From a virus: a stretch of 64,000 bases of DNA. The notes under the pieces were generated by a model, which saw nothing but the letters and a program-made list of their open reading frames with translations, was not told where the DNA came from and did not search any database. A program made the translations under genes and the position numbers. Below, in pieces: positions 37,690-48,017 of the stretch. Location of the stretch: the IMG/VR virus record IMGVR_UViG_3300028394_000066, positions 1-64,000 of that record, one strand, 5' to 3'. How positions within the stretch are numbered: position 1 is the first letter of the stretch; the number at the start of each line of letters is the position of its first letter.

Positions 37690-37843
37690 AGGAAACCGCT
37701 ACTCTGGTTTTTTTACAGAAGTGCTTGAATTAACCACCGCCTACCCAGGCTGGACTCTAACTGAGATAAAAGAGCTTTCCGTAAGGGAACGCAAAAATTG
37801 GCTAGAAGCTGCTGTAGCTTCTAAAAAGTTAGTTAGGAATTAG
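37679..37843 (+). CDS. chaperone C-terminal extension (possible +1 frameshift product)
   Basis: YPGWTLTEIKELSVRERKNWLE in the +1 frame; no SD-coupled start. Confidence 0.55.
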   Translation, partial: FDSRGNRYSGFFTEVLELTTAYPGWTLTEIKELSVRERKNWLEAAVASKKLVRN

Positions 37844-37846
37844 TAG

Positions 37847-40243
37847 ATGCCCGAAATTGACGGCTTTGATAGTTTAGTTACTAAGCTAAACCAGGCTAAG
37901 ACCTCGTCAAAAGAGCTCGAAAAGACCTGGGAAAAGATTAACACCCACGCCAAGGATGCCGTAAAGAATCTTGGCAAGATGGGGGTGGGCTCTGGGGGAG
38001 GAGCTTTTGGTGGTAGCGGCAGTGGCGGTACGGGCGGAGGCATGCCCAGCCAAGGGGACATGGATTCAAAGAGCCTTAAAAATGCTAAGGCTCCGAAGAC
38101 AGACATCACCAGTGGTGCAAACTTTTCAATTGGTGACGTTGCCACATATATGGGTGAGATGTCGGGGGCGTTTAACACGTTCCTTCCTGACGTAAAGTCA
38201 ACCATGAATCGCGCCACTGGCTACTACAATGCTGGTGTATACGGTGGAAGTTCGATGTCTCGAACAAAACTCCAAAAGGCTACTTTTGGAACCCTTAGCC
38301 AAATGCAGGGCCTTTCTTCTAAGGGCTCTGATGCTAACGTGGCACAGTTCCTTGGCCAAAGAGGCATGACTGCAAGTTCGGGAGTTAATAGCACTTATCA
38401 GCAAACTTTGCGAACGGTTGGTAACGCCGCTCGTTATATGAACATTTCCAACGAAGACGCAGCAGCTTCTGTTGAGGGGTTAACTAACGCCAGCGGTGCC
38501 GCTAGCATGCTTAAAAACTTTGGTATTTACACTGCTGATTTAGGCACAGGTAAAGAAAAGACTCAGGGACAAATCTTTGAGGAACTTGCCCAAAGGCTTA
38601 CGGCTGGGCGAGGACAAGCTAACGTAGAGCAAACTCAATCGTCTATTCGACGCGGAGCTCTTGGTGTTACTATTGACTCGTTCTTCAAGGGTGACCAACA
38701 GGGCGGCCAAATGTTCAAGCAGTACATGATTGAACGTGCCCGTGGAAAGAACATGGACTTTTCTGCTACTGGTGATACTGCTAGTAAAATTGGAATTAGT
38801 TCTAATATTAATCCTCTAAATGCGCAGATGGCTTTGGCTGCTTCAGATACTGGGGCAATGCAGGCTTCTGAAGAACAGTTTATAAAAGGAATTAACTCCG
38901 CAACAGGTGCGCTTATGATTCTTAACCAGGCAGCTGGTTTCTTAGGAAGCACTATTGGTTCCGTTGCATCCCTTATGCAAACCCTTTTGGGAGCGGGTAC
39001 TGTTCAAGGAGCACTTCAGGGAGCAACAAGTACTGTAGGTATGGTTGGAAAAGCTGCTGCGGACGCTACAAGCAAATTTGCTCAGTCTAATCCTATTGCT
39101 GCGGGTGTAGCTGGTGTTGCAATTGCCGCGGCTGGGGCGGGTGCACTTGCTCTCGGAATGAACGCTTTTGGTGGAAAAATTCCTGGAGCGCCTACTTCTA
39201 CTGGTGGTACTGGTGGTACTGGTGGTGGGGGTGGTACTGGAGGCGGGTCTTCTTACTACGGTTCTCCTACAAGCACAGACTACACTTACGGCAGTACCAA
39301 CACTGGAGCAACTAGCGGAAGGCCTGGAGCTCCTGGAGCCCCAGGAGCGGGGGTTACTGGTTCTGGAAATGCGGGCCGTCCAGGCAAACTTTTTGATATT
39401 AGCATTGTTGCTCAAGGGCACAATGTAACTGCCGCATTTGGTAGTAACGCAGGTGTTCACTCTGGACGGGGCCATAGAGGAACGGACTACGCGTACGCCG
39501 AGGGGACACCCGTTAAAGCTATTGCTGACGGAAAAGTAATTGTTGTTAGGAGTGGGGCAAAAAATACGTACGATGAAGGGCCTCGAAGCCTAGGTAACTA
39601 CGTGGGAGTACTAAGCACGTCTTCAAAGGGCGTTCAGTACACGGTATTTTATGGACACTTGTCTAAACCTAAAGTGGCCCTTAATTCATCTGTTGTGCGG
39701 GGTCAGACAATTGGTCTATCGGGAAACACAGGGTTTTCTACGGGCCCTCACCTTCACCTTGAAGTTGTTAAAGGAAAAGTAACAGTTCCTGGTACTGGTA
39801 CTGCAATTAGCCTTAGTGGTGCTGCAAAAGTTACTGGAACCACCTCGCTTTCCAATGGCTCAACCACCACTGTTCCTGCTAATCAATCGGGTCAAAAAGA
39901 CGTTAACGCACTTTTAGGTTCTGCGGGCAATAGCTCGGCACTTCTCAGTGGTTTTTACTCTGGAGATAAGAGCGCTATTTTGGCTTCTGTTGGGGCAATG
40001 GCAAGCTCTGTGGGAATTAACAATTTTCAAAAACAATTAAACGACGCTAATGGCTCTTACTTATCTGGACCTGGAACTCCTGGGGGAAACCCATCCAATC
40101 CTGGCGGTGGAGGAGGGGGAGGAAATGTGAACATTACTGTTCAAGTTCCAGATGTGACCGCTGCGGATGCTGTAAAATTTGCTCAGCTGGTAAAGCAGTA
40201 CTTAGACAATGACTCACTGATTTCTAACACAGGAAGTTTCTAA
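37847..40243 (+). CDS. tape measure protein with C-terminal M23 peptidase
   Basis: helical Ala/Gly-rich N half; HRGTD, YGHL, STGPHLHLE. Confidence 0.85.
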   Translation: MPEIDGFDSLVTKLNQAKTSSKELEKTWEKINTHAKDAVKNLGKMGVGSGGGAFGGSGSGGTGGGMPSQGDMDSKSLKNAKAPKTDITSGANFSIGDVATYMGEMSGAFNTFLPDVKSTMNRATGYYNAGVYGGSSMSRTKLQKATFGTLSQMQGLSSKGSDANVAQFLGQRGMTASSGVNSTYQQTLRTVGNAARYMNISNEDAAASVEGLTNASGAASMLKNFGIYTADLGTGKEKTQGQIFEELAQRLTAGRGQANVEQTQSSIRRGALGVTIDSFFKGDQQGGQMFKQYMIERARGKNMDFSATGDTASKIGISSNINPLNAQMALAASDTGAMQASEEQFIKGINSATGALMILNQAAGFLGSTIGSVASLMQTLLGAGTVQGALQGATSTVGMVGKAAADATSKFAQSNPIAAGVAGVAIAAAGAGALALGMNAFGGKIPGAPTSTGGTGGTGGGGGTGGGSSYYGSPTSTDYTYGSTNTGATSGRPGAPGAPGAGVTGSGNAGRPGKLFDISIVAQGHNVTAAFGSNAGVHSGRGHRGTDYAYAEGTPVKAIADGKVIVVRSGAKNTYDEGPRSLGNYVGVLSTSSKGVQYTVFYGHLSKPKVALNSSVVRGQTIGLSGNTGFSTGPHLHLEVVKGKVTVPGTGTAISLSGAAKVTGTTSLSNGSTTTVPANQSGQKDVNALLGSAGNSSALLSGFYSGDKSAILASVGAMASSVGINNFQKQLNDANGSYLSGPGTPGGNPSNPGGGGGGGNVNITVQVPDVTAADAVKFAQLVKQYLDNDSLISNTGSF

Positions 40244-41388
40244 TGGCTCTTAGAAGAAAAATTAAATCGGCTAGAGAAAAAGCTCGAGCAAATAGGCTTT
40301 TGTTTGAAGAGGCCCAGGTAAATCTTCAAAAAATTGATACTAATTCTTTTGATGAAAAAATTGTGGCATTAAGCGTGGAGCTTGCTGCTCTTGACGCGCT
40401 TATTTCTAGTAGGCAAAAAGTTTACGACACTAGCAGTACTAAAGCTAATAAAAAACTTTTAAATGAGGTAATTGCGCTAAGAGCCCCTATTGTAGAAGAA
40501 CTTGTTAAAGCTCAAAAACAAAGTGTAGATTCTAAAAAAACTAATGAATCAACTTCGTCTAATGAAGCAACTGATGGTGTTGAAGAGATTGGTACTGGAG
40601 TTGTTGCTTCAAACCAAAGAACAACTGCCCTGGAGTACAACGCCAGTGGAGTTAAGGAGCTTCTTTTTAGTGAGAGAACTGCTTTTTCAAAAAGGCTTAT
40701 GTCATCTCCAAATGAGCCTCGTCAAATTCGTGCTGCAAATGATTTGTGGAAAACTGCCCAAGCCAGTAAAGGGATGATTGTAACTTCAGAACAAGTTTTA
40801 AAATCGTGGAATACTGGTTCAACTAAAATTCCTGGTGGAGTAAAGAACTACGGCTTTCAATTTCAATACAATCCTGGAACTGTTGGAATGTCGTATTTTA
40901 CGTCCCCCAATGTTGACGTTACCCTCATGACTTCTGGTCAGGAAATGTTTAACCTGGCGGGAACTTCTGGGTCTCAAGGCGCTGTTAGTTTTCAAATTAT
41001 TATAAATAGAATTTTTGACATGCAGTACTACACTCGTAAGGGATTTATTGATAAAAAGTACAATCCCAGAAAGCTTTACTCAAAACCTCCTGCAGGCCCA
41101 ACAGAAGAACAGCTCATTTACAACAAGGGCACTATGTACGACGTAGAGTACTTTTTGAGGACTCTCATGGGAACAACCATGAAAAGCTACCTTCGTGGAG
41201 AGGATACGGCAGATATGGGCTGGTTGCCAGCAATCCCAGTAGAGCTTCACCTTGGTAACAAACTTCGATATCTTGGAACAATTAATACCATACAGTTAAA
41301 CCACATTATATTTAACGAACGAATGGTTCCGCTGTTTACTACAGTAGATGTTCAGTTCACTCGCCTTCCCGACTATCCCTCAAAGTAG
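40243..41388 (+). CDS. baseplate/tube initiator protein
   Basis: FQFQYNPGTV motif; position. Confidence 0.65.
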   Translation: MALRRKIKSAREKARANRLLFEEAQVNLQKIDTNSFDEKIVALSVELAALDALISSRQKVYDTSSTKANKKLLNEVIALRAPIVEELVKAQKQSVDSKKTNESTSSNEATDGVEEIGTGVVASNQRTTALEYNASGVKELLFSERTAFSKRLMSSPNEPRQIRAANDLWKTAQASKGMIVTSEQVLKSWNTGSTKIPGGVKNYGFQFQYNPGTVGMSYFTSPNVDVTLMTSGQEMFNLAGTSGSQGAVSFQIIINRIFDMQYYTRKGFIDKKYNPRKLYSKPPAGPTEEQLIYNKGTMYDVEYFLRTLMGTTMKSYLRGEDTADMGWLPAIPVELHLGNKLRYLGTINTIQLNHIIFNERMVPLFTTVDVQFTRLPDYPSK

Positions 41389-41395
41389 GAAAAAA

Positions 41396-41671
41396 ATGAT
41401 TTTTGCAGACAGTAGATACTCAAACGGTAACGTTACTAAAGTTCAAGACCCAAGAACGGAAACGTACCGACTTGCGGTGTACCGTAAATTCCCAGCTTCA
41501 AAGGCGACGTTTTATTATTACACTTGGGTAGAGAATGACAGAATTGACAAAGTAGCTACGGACCTTTTGGGCAGCCCTACATTTTGGTGGAAGATTATGG
41601 ATTTTAATCCAGAGTACACCAACCCGTTTAGTATTCCTGTAGGAGCCGACATTAGGATTCCAAGTGTCTAA
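41396..41671 (+). CDS. LysM-like baseplate wedge protein (gp53/gpX-like)
   Basis: DRIDKVA..LLGSPTFWWKIMDFNP...IPVGADIRIP. Confidence 0.85.
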   Translation: MIFADSRYSNGNVTKVQDPRTETYRLAVYRKFPASKATFYYYTWVENDRIDKVATDLLGSPTFWWKIMDFNPEYTNPFSIPVGADIRIPSV

Positions 41672-42962
41672 CCTTGTAACAAATAAATACAGGAGAGGAA
41701 CATCTACCTCAACATCCTTTCCCACTTTACCGTCTCTTACGGTTCAACCAAGGCGCGTTGACCTTATTCAAAAAATGTACAATCATGACATTTTACTGCT
41801 AGAGTTTCCTGCCGAGAGCACACTGTGGTTTGAAACTCTTAAAACAGGTGTTCCTGTTCAGTTTAGCTTTAGGCAAGATACTTTAAGTAAAAACTGGATT
41901 GGCTATGTTTCTTCGGTCTCTAAAGTTAACGCTCCTCAAAGAACCAATATTATGCAGATTATGTGTGTTGGAACTTCTTTTGTTTTGAAAGAGCGCGCCA
42001 CAAGAATTTTTAAAAACCACACAATTCCTGAAGTTATTCAAATTATTGCTGAAGAATTTGGTTTTAATGTAATTCTTGATAACCACCCGCAAAAGTTTTC
42101 TCAGTTAAATATGACGGCAGTATCCTACTGGGAGTGGATGGTTGAGCAAGCAAAAAGAATTGGTTATGGGCTTGTCATTGACGGTATGGACTTTTATTTT
42201 AAACCGTTAGATAAACTAATTGATTTAGGGTTCTCTAATGCAGCAGTTTTATCTTTAGGAAATGCTGGGCCTTCGTTTAATACTCAACTATTGGACAGAA
42301 CTTTGGATGAGTTTAAGGTTATCTATGGAGATAGCGTAGAAGATACCACTAATTTTAGGGCAACCAAGAATGTTGGAGGTGTGAGTCCCTTCAGCAAGGA
42401 AGTGCTGCTGTCAAATTCAACACCCACCGATACTGGAACTCCTCTTCGAACTGACGTTAGTCCCACCCTTTTTCAAGAGTATAGAACTGACCGAGTTGTT
42501 AACAGCAAAAGTGACGCCGATGAAGCCGCTAAAGGAGCAGCACAATTAGCTAGATTTAGTATTCCTGCTACAGCCAAAGCTCAAGGTGACCCACGAATTC
42601 ACCCTTTTGGCAGTGTTTATATTGCTGGAACAGGGGCCATAACAGACGGTTTTTGGGTAGTTCGCGAGTCCCACCATATGTTTCACAAAATTGGGGAGTA
42701 CCAACTGCAATTAAAAGTTGCTACTGACGGTATTGGGGACGCTGTTGTTTCTACCCCATTTAGAACTAGAAAAGATTTAACTGCGGTTATCCCAACAGGG
42801 GGTACCCTTGGCACGATAAACTTAAATGAAGCACTTGCTAATGGAACAGGGCTGTTTAACTTTGAGTTGAGTTCCGTTAAAAGAGTAAACAGCGATAGCG
42901 TAAGTTTTGAAAGTAATCAAGGGTTTACAAGAACCCCAACTGTTTGGAGAAAGGCTGGTTAA
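41664..42962 (+). CDS. baseplate hub protein (gp27/gpD-like)
   Basis: position; GDPRIHP...V.I.G...DGFWVV. Confidence 0.75.
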   Translation: MSNLVTNKYRRGTSTSTSFPTLPSLTVQPRRVDLIQKMYNHDILLLEFPAESTLWFETLKTGVPVQFSFRQDTLSKNWIGYVSSVSKVNAPQRTNIMQIMCVGTSFVLKERATRIFKNHTIPEVIQIIAEEFGFNVILDNHPQKFSQLNMTAVSYWEWMVEQAKRIGYGLVIDGMDFYFKPLDKLIDLGFSNAAVLSLGNAGPSFNTQLLDRTLDEFKVIYGDSVEDTTNFRATKNVGGVSPFSKEVLLSNSTPTDTGTPLRTDVSPTLFQEYRTDRVVNSKSDADEAAKGAAQLARFSIPATAKAQGDPRIHPFGSVYIAGTGAITDGFWVVRESHHMFHKIGEYQLQLKVATDGIGDAVVSTPFRTRKDLTAVIPTGGTLGTINLNEALANGTGLFNFELSSVKRVNSDSVSFESNQGFTRTPTVWRKAG

Positions 42963-42963
42963 T

Positions 42964-43365
42964 ATGTCCGAGATTTCATTAGCTCTTCCGTTTAGCCTCG
43001 ACTCCTCAGGTAATATCCGAGTTACTTCTGACCAGGCTACAATTTGGTCCAATAGAGTTAGAAGTGCTGTTGGAACTGCTCTTGGAGAAAGAGTTATGCG
43101 CCCAAATTACGGAACGGAAGTTCCTAGACTGTTATTTGATACAGTTAGTGCAATGGAGGAAGGAATTTCCCTGGAAGTTGGAAAAGTATTTTCAGCGTCA
43201 CTTCCCCTCTTAACTTTAAATTCTGTTGTTTCTTTACACAACGAATTTACGAATACACTTACGGCAGAAATTAACTATTCCCTGCCAAATAAGAAAGATG
43301 CGACTACTGTTGTAGGTAATATTACAGTTTCACTTACCAACCCGCCATACGAGGAGCTTACATGA
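42964..43365 (+). CDS. gp25-like baseplate wedge/sheath initiator
   Basis: TALGERVMRPNYGT..LLFD. Confidence 0.9.
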   Translation: MSEISLALPFSLDSSGNIRVTSDQATIWSNRVRSAVGTALGERVMRPNYGTEVPRLLFDTVSAMEEGISLEVGKVFSASLPLLTLNSVVSLHNEFTNTLTAEINYSLPNKKDATTVVGNITVSLTNPPYEELT

Positions 43366-46300
43366 CTTCCCCCGCTAATAAGACGCCACTATCCGTAGAC
43401 TACACGGGTAGAGACTACTACGCTCTAAGAGAAGAGCTTATTGCTCGAGTAAAAGAGCGCACCGCACAACAGTGGCAAGGAACTGACGAAAATGACTTTG
43501 GTCTTGCTTTAGTTGAGTCTTTTGCGTACATGGGTGACTTGCTTAACTACTACATTGACCGTGTAGCTAACGAGTCGTATATTCTTACCGCCACTCAGCG
43601 AGAATCTCTTATAAATATTGCAAATATGTACGGATACAGGCCCGCAAATTACGTTAGCTCTCTTGTAGACCTAACTATGTTAAACAGTGACGGGTACATT
43701 GGACAAATTGGCGCAGCAACAATCGAAGATGGAACGGTCGGTGCGGCAACGGGCCACTTTGCAAAAATTATTGTTCCTTCAGACCACCCGTTTAGTGCGG
43801 GAGACTATCTTGTGGTTAAAGATGTTCCTTCAGAGTATGCGGTTACTGAGGGCGACACTACTGTAACGTATAACCCCTCAGTTCTTAACGGAACTTTTCC
43901 AATTTCGTATGTTGGGTACAACGGTATTGGTTCTAATGTCCTTTGGTATCGACCAAGCGAAACTATTACGAATATTGTTCCCGATGGGACCACGTTTACT
44001 CTTACACTTTCTGGACTGGGAACTATGACTATCGATGAGTTGGTATCTCCTACTCAAAGTGTTTACATTAGTGGAGTTACTTCCGATGGAAATGGTTATA
44101 ACGGAAATTGGGTTATTTCCGATGTTCCTGCAACAAGCACTGCCGCAGCTCCTCAAATTAAAATTGATGCTGCCGAAAATACAGCAGTAATTAGAAACGC
44201 GGTAGTTCAGAGCTCTAACTTTGTTTACTCTTCGTGGAATAACCTTGTAGCAGGACAAAAAGTAGCTATTACAGGAGTAAAAAGCTCTGCTAATACTGGC
44301 GGTACTGCCAATACTGGCTATAACTTTTCTACTGCTACAATTACGGCAGTTAAGAATCAGTTTGCGTCAATCTTTGGTTTAACTTCTAACGGCACCAATG
44401 TAGTCTTTGATTCTAGCGTTTTGTTTGCAGTAAACGACATTGTTAGCGTCTATGGGATTACCAGTGTTGGAAACACTACTGGAGCGGCTGGAGCTGGGTT
44501 TAACTTTGCGGACAAAGCTGTTTCTGCGGTTGGCTCTGTAGACACGGCTATTTCTTCAGTTACTCCTGACTCTGGTACAGGTGAGATTGCTTACACCACG
44601 GCCTCTGCGCACACATTCCAGGTAGGTGATTATGTAACTATTAGTGGAGTTAGCCCTAATGTTTACAATATTTCAAGTGCCAGAATTACGGCTGTGCCAT
44701 TATCTACAAAATTTATTGTTGAAGGGTACTGGACCGATGCGTTTAACGCTGGAGCGTCTAGTTTGGCGAAAGCAACTACCTATACCTTTACTATTGCTAG
44801 CTCAGAAAACAGCAATGTAATAAGCAGCTCAGCAGCAGCTATTTGCCGACAATTTACTGTCTCTGGAGGAGGTAGGACTCCTGGTACTTTTGCTACTTCT
44901 GTAACTCCATTGATGACTCCCCTTATTGGGGGAGTTGAAACTCTGTCTGCATCTAGCGAAGTAGTCTACTCAGACATTCCTCCTATTATTTTTACTGGAG
45001 CTACGCTGGAATCTTCTGCAAAAGTGATTAATATAGGTGATGTTACGGTACCTCAAGGAACGCAGTTAACTACGCAGGTAGCTTTTGATGGTGGTACCAA
45101 AGACCTTATATTTTCAACACAGTCGGATGTAACCGTTCCTTTTAAAGGAACTGCAACTGTTACGGCTATTCATGGAGAAGATATTTCTTTAAGAACTGAA
45201 AATGCGCCAAATACCGCAGGCATTGCTTACGACATTGCTGGTGAACTCTTGGGGTACTCCACTGGTAAGGCAAATCAATCCTTTGCTATTTCTGAAGTTC
45301 AAGTTGCTCTTCGCTCTATTCGCATATTTGTTGATACTGGACTTGAGTGGGAGGAATGGGCTCAAGTAGAGCACGTTCAAGATTACGCCCCTTACTCTAA
45401 AGTCTTTCAAGTAGACGTTTCTGCATCAGGAATAGTTTCGGTATCATTTGGCGATGGGGTGTCTGGGTTGATTCCTAACACTGAAGGCGGAATTAAAGCC
45501 ACGTATATTGCTGGTGGAGGGTTGATTGGAAATGTTGGAGCAGATACTATTAAAACATTTGGGGCAATTCCTGCAAACACCACCGAAATTGAAGAAAATA
45601 TTCGGACATATGTAACTGTTACAAATGAACTTAACGCAACAGGCGGGGCAGACCCCGAAACGGATAACTCAATTAGGTACAACGCTCCAAGAGCACTGCG
45701 TTCTTTGAGCCGTGCTGTTACTCTTGAAGATTTTGCAAATCTTGCTCTTTCCGTTGATGGGGTTGCCAAGGCTAAAGCAATTGCTTCATCAAGAAGTTCT
45801 GTAACTGTTTACGTTTCTCCAGTGTCTGGAGATAACAGCGGAGAGCAAGTTCCAGGATACTACGGTGATATAACTGATTATTCTCAAGAAACTGAACAGA
45901 TGGTTTACACTCGTGGATTAGTTACAGAATACCTTGCTGAAAAAGTGCAGATTGGAACAGCAGTAACAATACTTCCTGCAACTTACACGGGGGTCAATGC
46001 TGCAATTTCTTACAGCAGAATGCCCCAGTATTCCCAATCTTCTGTTGAGATTGCTATAAAAAAGGCTCTATTAAACGATTTTTCTTACAACAATGTGGAT
46101 ATGGAAGATGTTATTACCCCCGAAGAACTAGAGTTTAGACTTCGTCAAGTAGACGGGGTGTCTAACGTTACTGTGACGGCGCTTTTCCGTGAAGGTGGGG
46201 CTGGAAGAAACAGTCTGGTAGGTTTCTCTGACGAAATCTTTGTATTCACTGAATCTAAAATTACACTCACGGAATTGGCAACTAATGCAGCTATTACTAG

Positions 46301-46604
46301 CGCTACATTTGCTCCCAAGACCGACGCAAACGCAAGTACAGGTTCTGCAACTATTCTTCCTGCGTTTAGTTCAACGATTTATTCTTACAATGTCTCTTTG
46401 CCTGCCACAACAACTAGAGTTACTGTAGGTTCTGGTCTTTCGGATGCTGACGGGTCCATGACAATTAACGATAAGGCGGGAACCTCTAGTACTGTTCAAC
46501 TTGTTTCGGATGCTGTACAAACAGTTAACACCGTTATCATCACTGCAACTGCTGAGGACGGTGTAACGGTTAAGTCTTACAAGTTCAAGGTAACCATCGC
46601 GTAA
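43362..46604 (+). CDS. baseplate J/gp6-like wedge protein with inserted beta domains
   Basis: DYTGRDY, FGDGVSGLIP, GGADPET, RAVTLEDF. Confidence 0.92.
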   Translation: MTSPANKTPLSVDYTGRDYYALREELIARVKERTAQQWQGTDENDFGLALVESFAYMGDLLNYYIDRVANESYILTATQRESLINIANMYGYRPANYVSSLVDLTMLNSDGYIGQIGAATIEDGTVGAATGHFAKIIVPSDHPFSAGDYLVVKDVPSEYAVTEGDTTVTYNPSVLNGTFPISYVGYNGIGSNVLWYRPSETITNIVPDGTTFTLTLSGLGTMTIDELVSPTQSVYISGVTSDGNGYNGNWVISDVPATSTAAAPQIKIDAAENTAVIRNAVVQSSNFVYSSWNNLVAGQKVAITGVKSSANTGGTANTGYNFSTATITAVKNQFASIFGLTSNGTNVVFDSSVLFAVNDIVSVYGITSVGNTTGAAGAGFNFADKAVSAVGSVDTAISSVTPDSGTGEIAYTTASAHTFQVGDYVTISGVSPNVYNISSARITAVPLSTKFIVEGYWTDAFNAGASSLAKATTYTFTIASSENSNVISSSAAAICRQFTVSGGGRTPGTFATSVTPLMTPLIGGVETLSASSEVVYSDIPPIIFTGATLESSAKVINIGDVTVPQGTQLTTQVAFDGGTKDLIFSTQSDVTVPFKGTATVTAIHGEDISLRTENAPNTAGIAYDIAGELLGYSTGKANQSFAISEVQVALRSIRIFVDTGLEWEEWAQVEHVQDYAPYSKVFQVDVSASGIVSVSFGDGVSGLIPNTEGGIKATYIAGGGLIGNVGADTIKTFGAIPANTTEIEENIRTYVTVTNELNATGGADPETDNSIRYNAPRALRSLSRAVTLEDFANLALSVDGVAKAKAIASSRSSVTVYVSPVSGDNSGEQVPGYYGDITDYSQETEQMVYTRGLVTEYLAEKVQIGTAVTILPATYTGVNAAISYSRMPQYSQSSVEIAIKKALLNDFSYNNVDMEDVITPEELEFRLRQVDGVSNVTVTALFREGGAGRNSLVGFSDEIFVFTESKITLTELATNAAITSATFAPKTDANASTGSATILPAFSSTIYSYNVSLPATTTRVTVGSGLSDADGSMTINDKAGTSSTVQLVSDAVQTVNTVIITATAEDGVTVKSYKFKVTIA

Positions 46605-46606
46605 AC

Positions 46607-47500
46607 ATGATAAAGGACTCCTACGGAAATACCCGATTCTTTGGGACTTATCGGGGAATTGTTGTTGACAATAAAGACCCGTTAATACGCAATAGACTCC
46701 AACTAAAAGTTCCACAAATATTTGGTAATATTTCTACTGAATGGGCTTGGCCTGTAGTTCCTTCGGGGGCTTTATTTGCTACTCCCGCAATTGGTGACGG
46801 TGTTTGGGTTCAGTTTGAGGGTGGGGATGCTTCTTTTCCAATTTGGGTGGGAACATTTGAGGGTGTCGGCGCTGCCCCAACGGGGGGGCTCGTCGGTCCG
46901 ACTGGTCCTACAGGGCCTGCTGGAACTAGCGGAACAAACGGAACAAACGGAGACACTGGTCCGCAGGGTCCCGCTGGAATTGCAAGCGCTACGTCACCAA
47001 TTACAGTAACTGGTCCCACTGGAGCTCAAACTATTGGAATTAATCAATCTGCAATTGCTATTGCTGCGTCACAGGTAACTTCTGGACTTTCTGGAACGTA
47101 TGCTCCGTTGGCTTCACCCGCATTAACGGGCACACCAACAGCCCCGACTGTGGCACTGACAAACGACTCAACTCAAATTGCTACAACAGCATTTGTAAAG
47201 AATGTTATTCCGTACGCAATTGCCGCAGGAACGGCAACTATGGACGGGGATGGAACATCTAGTCTTACGGTAACTATTACTTTCCCTGCACTTGAGTTTA
47301 CTCAACCGCCTATTGTTACGGTTGGTTCGGGTAACGGGCTTCTGAACGCCTCAGTTCAAAGCATCACTACATCGGGTGCAACAGTAATTCTGGCCCATAT
47401 AAACGCCAGTAACTGGAGTGCTATTTACTATCTGCAGTGGATAGCCATTCAAATGACATCTAGTTCGGCAAGCGGGGGGCTGGGGTATAACAGTGTCTGA
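46607..47500 (+). CDS. baseplate spike (gp5 OB-fold/gpV) fused to short collagen and fibre domain
   Basis: YRGIVVDNKDP...RLQLKVP...WAWP...PAIGDGVWVQFEGGDASFPIWVG. Confidence 0.88.
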   Translation: MIKDSYGNTRFFGTYRGIVVDNKDPLIRNRLQLKVPQIFGNISTEWAWPVVPSGALFATPAIGDGVWVQFEGGDASFPIWVGTFEGVGAAPTGGLVGPTGPTGPAGTSGTNGTNGDTGPQGPAGIASATSPITVTGPTGAQTIGINQSAIAIAASQVTSGLSGTYAPLASPALTGTPTAPTVALTNDSTQIATTAFVKNVIPYAIAAGTATMDGDGTSSLTVTITFPALEFTQPPIVTVGSGNGLLNASVQSITTSGATVILAHINASNWSAIYYLQWIAIQMTSSSASGGLGYNSV

Positions 47501-47666
47501 GCTAATTTTTATTAATTATGTGGTTACTTGTCACACTAATACTTGTAGTAACTCGGAAGTGCCCATTAATATTACTGCGCCTAGTATTAACCCGCGCTTT
47601 ATGTGTGGGGTGTGTTCACAAGAGATAGCGGATGTTCAACCTGTAAACCCTGAAGTAACCCCGTAA
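47493..47666 (+). CDS. 57-aa Zn-binding protein (CHTNTCSN...CGVCSQEI)
   Basis: translated by hand; paralog of 26170-26343. Confidence 0.7.
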   Translation: MSELIFINYVVTCHTNTCSNSEVPINITAPSINPRFMCGVCSQEIADVQPVNPEVTP

Positions 47667-47702
47667 ATACGAGATAATAGATAAAGAGACTTAGGAGTTA
47701 AT

Positions 47703-48017
47703 ATGGCAGCGACTTACCCAGGAGGAATTGCCTCCTTTACAAGAAAAATTGACAATGTCGATACCGTCATTGCCTCTGACGTAAATGTTATTTACGACGA
47801 AGTTGAAGAGATTGAACGCCAATTAAGTGGTGTTAATAACCCGTCTTATGGTGGGGCGCTTGCTACGAGTTCCGTTTGGGGTTCTGGAAATATGATTACA
47901 AACCGAACTGACTGGTATCAGTTTGGTGGTCTTGCTGGTCGCATTCAAAACATTGAGCACGGTGTGTACAAAGCGGTAACAGCTATTGATGGAGGAACCG
48001 CGGCTTCTAATGCCTAA
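47703..48017 (+). CDS. hypothetical virion protein
   Basis: SD AGGAG. Confidence 0.75.
   Translation: MAATYPGGIASFTRKIDNVDTVIASDVNVIYDEVEEIERQLSGVNNPSYGGALATSSVWGSGNMITNRTDWYQFGGLAGRIQNIEHGVYKAVTAIDGGTAASNA

Noticed and set aside
33232-47500. eCIS, T6SS or tailocin locus
   Set aside because: Terminase, portal, capsid and replication genes in the same window show a complete myovirus
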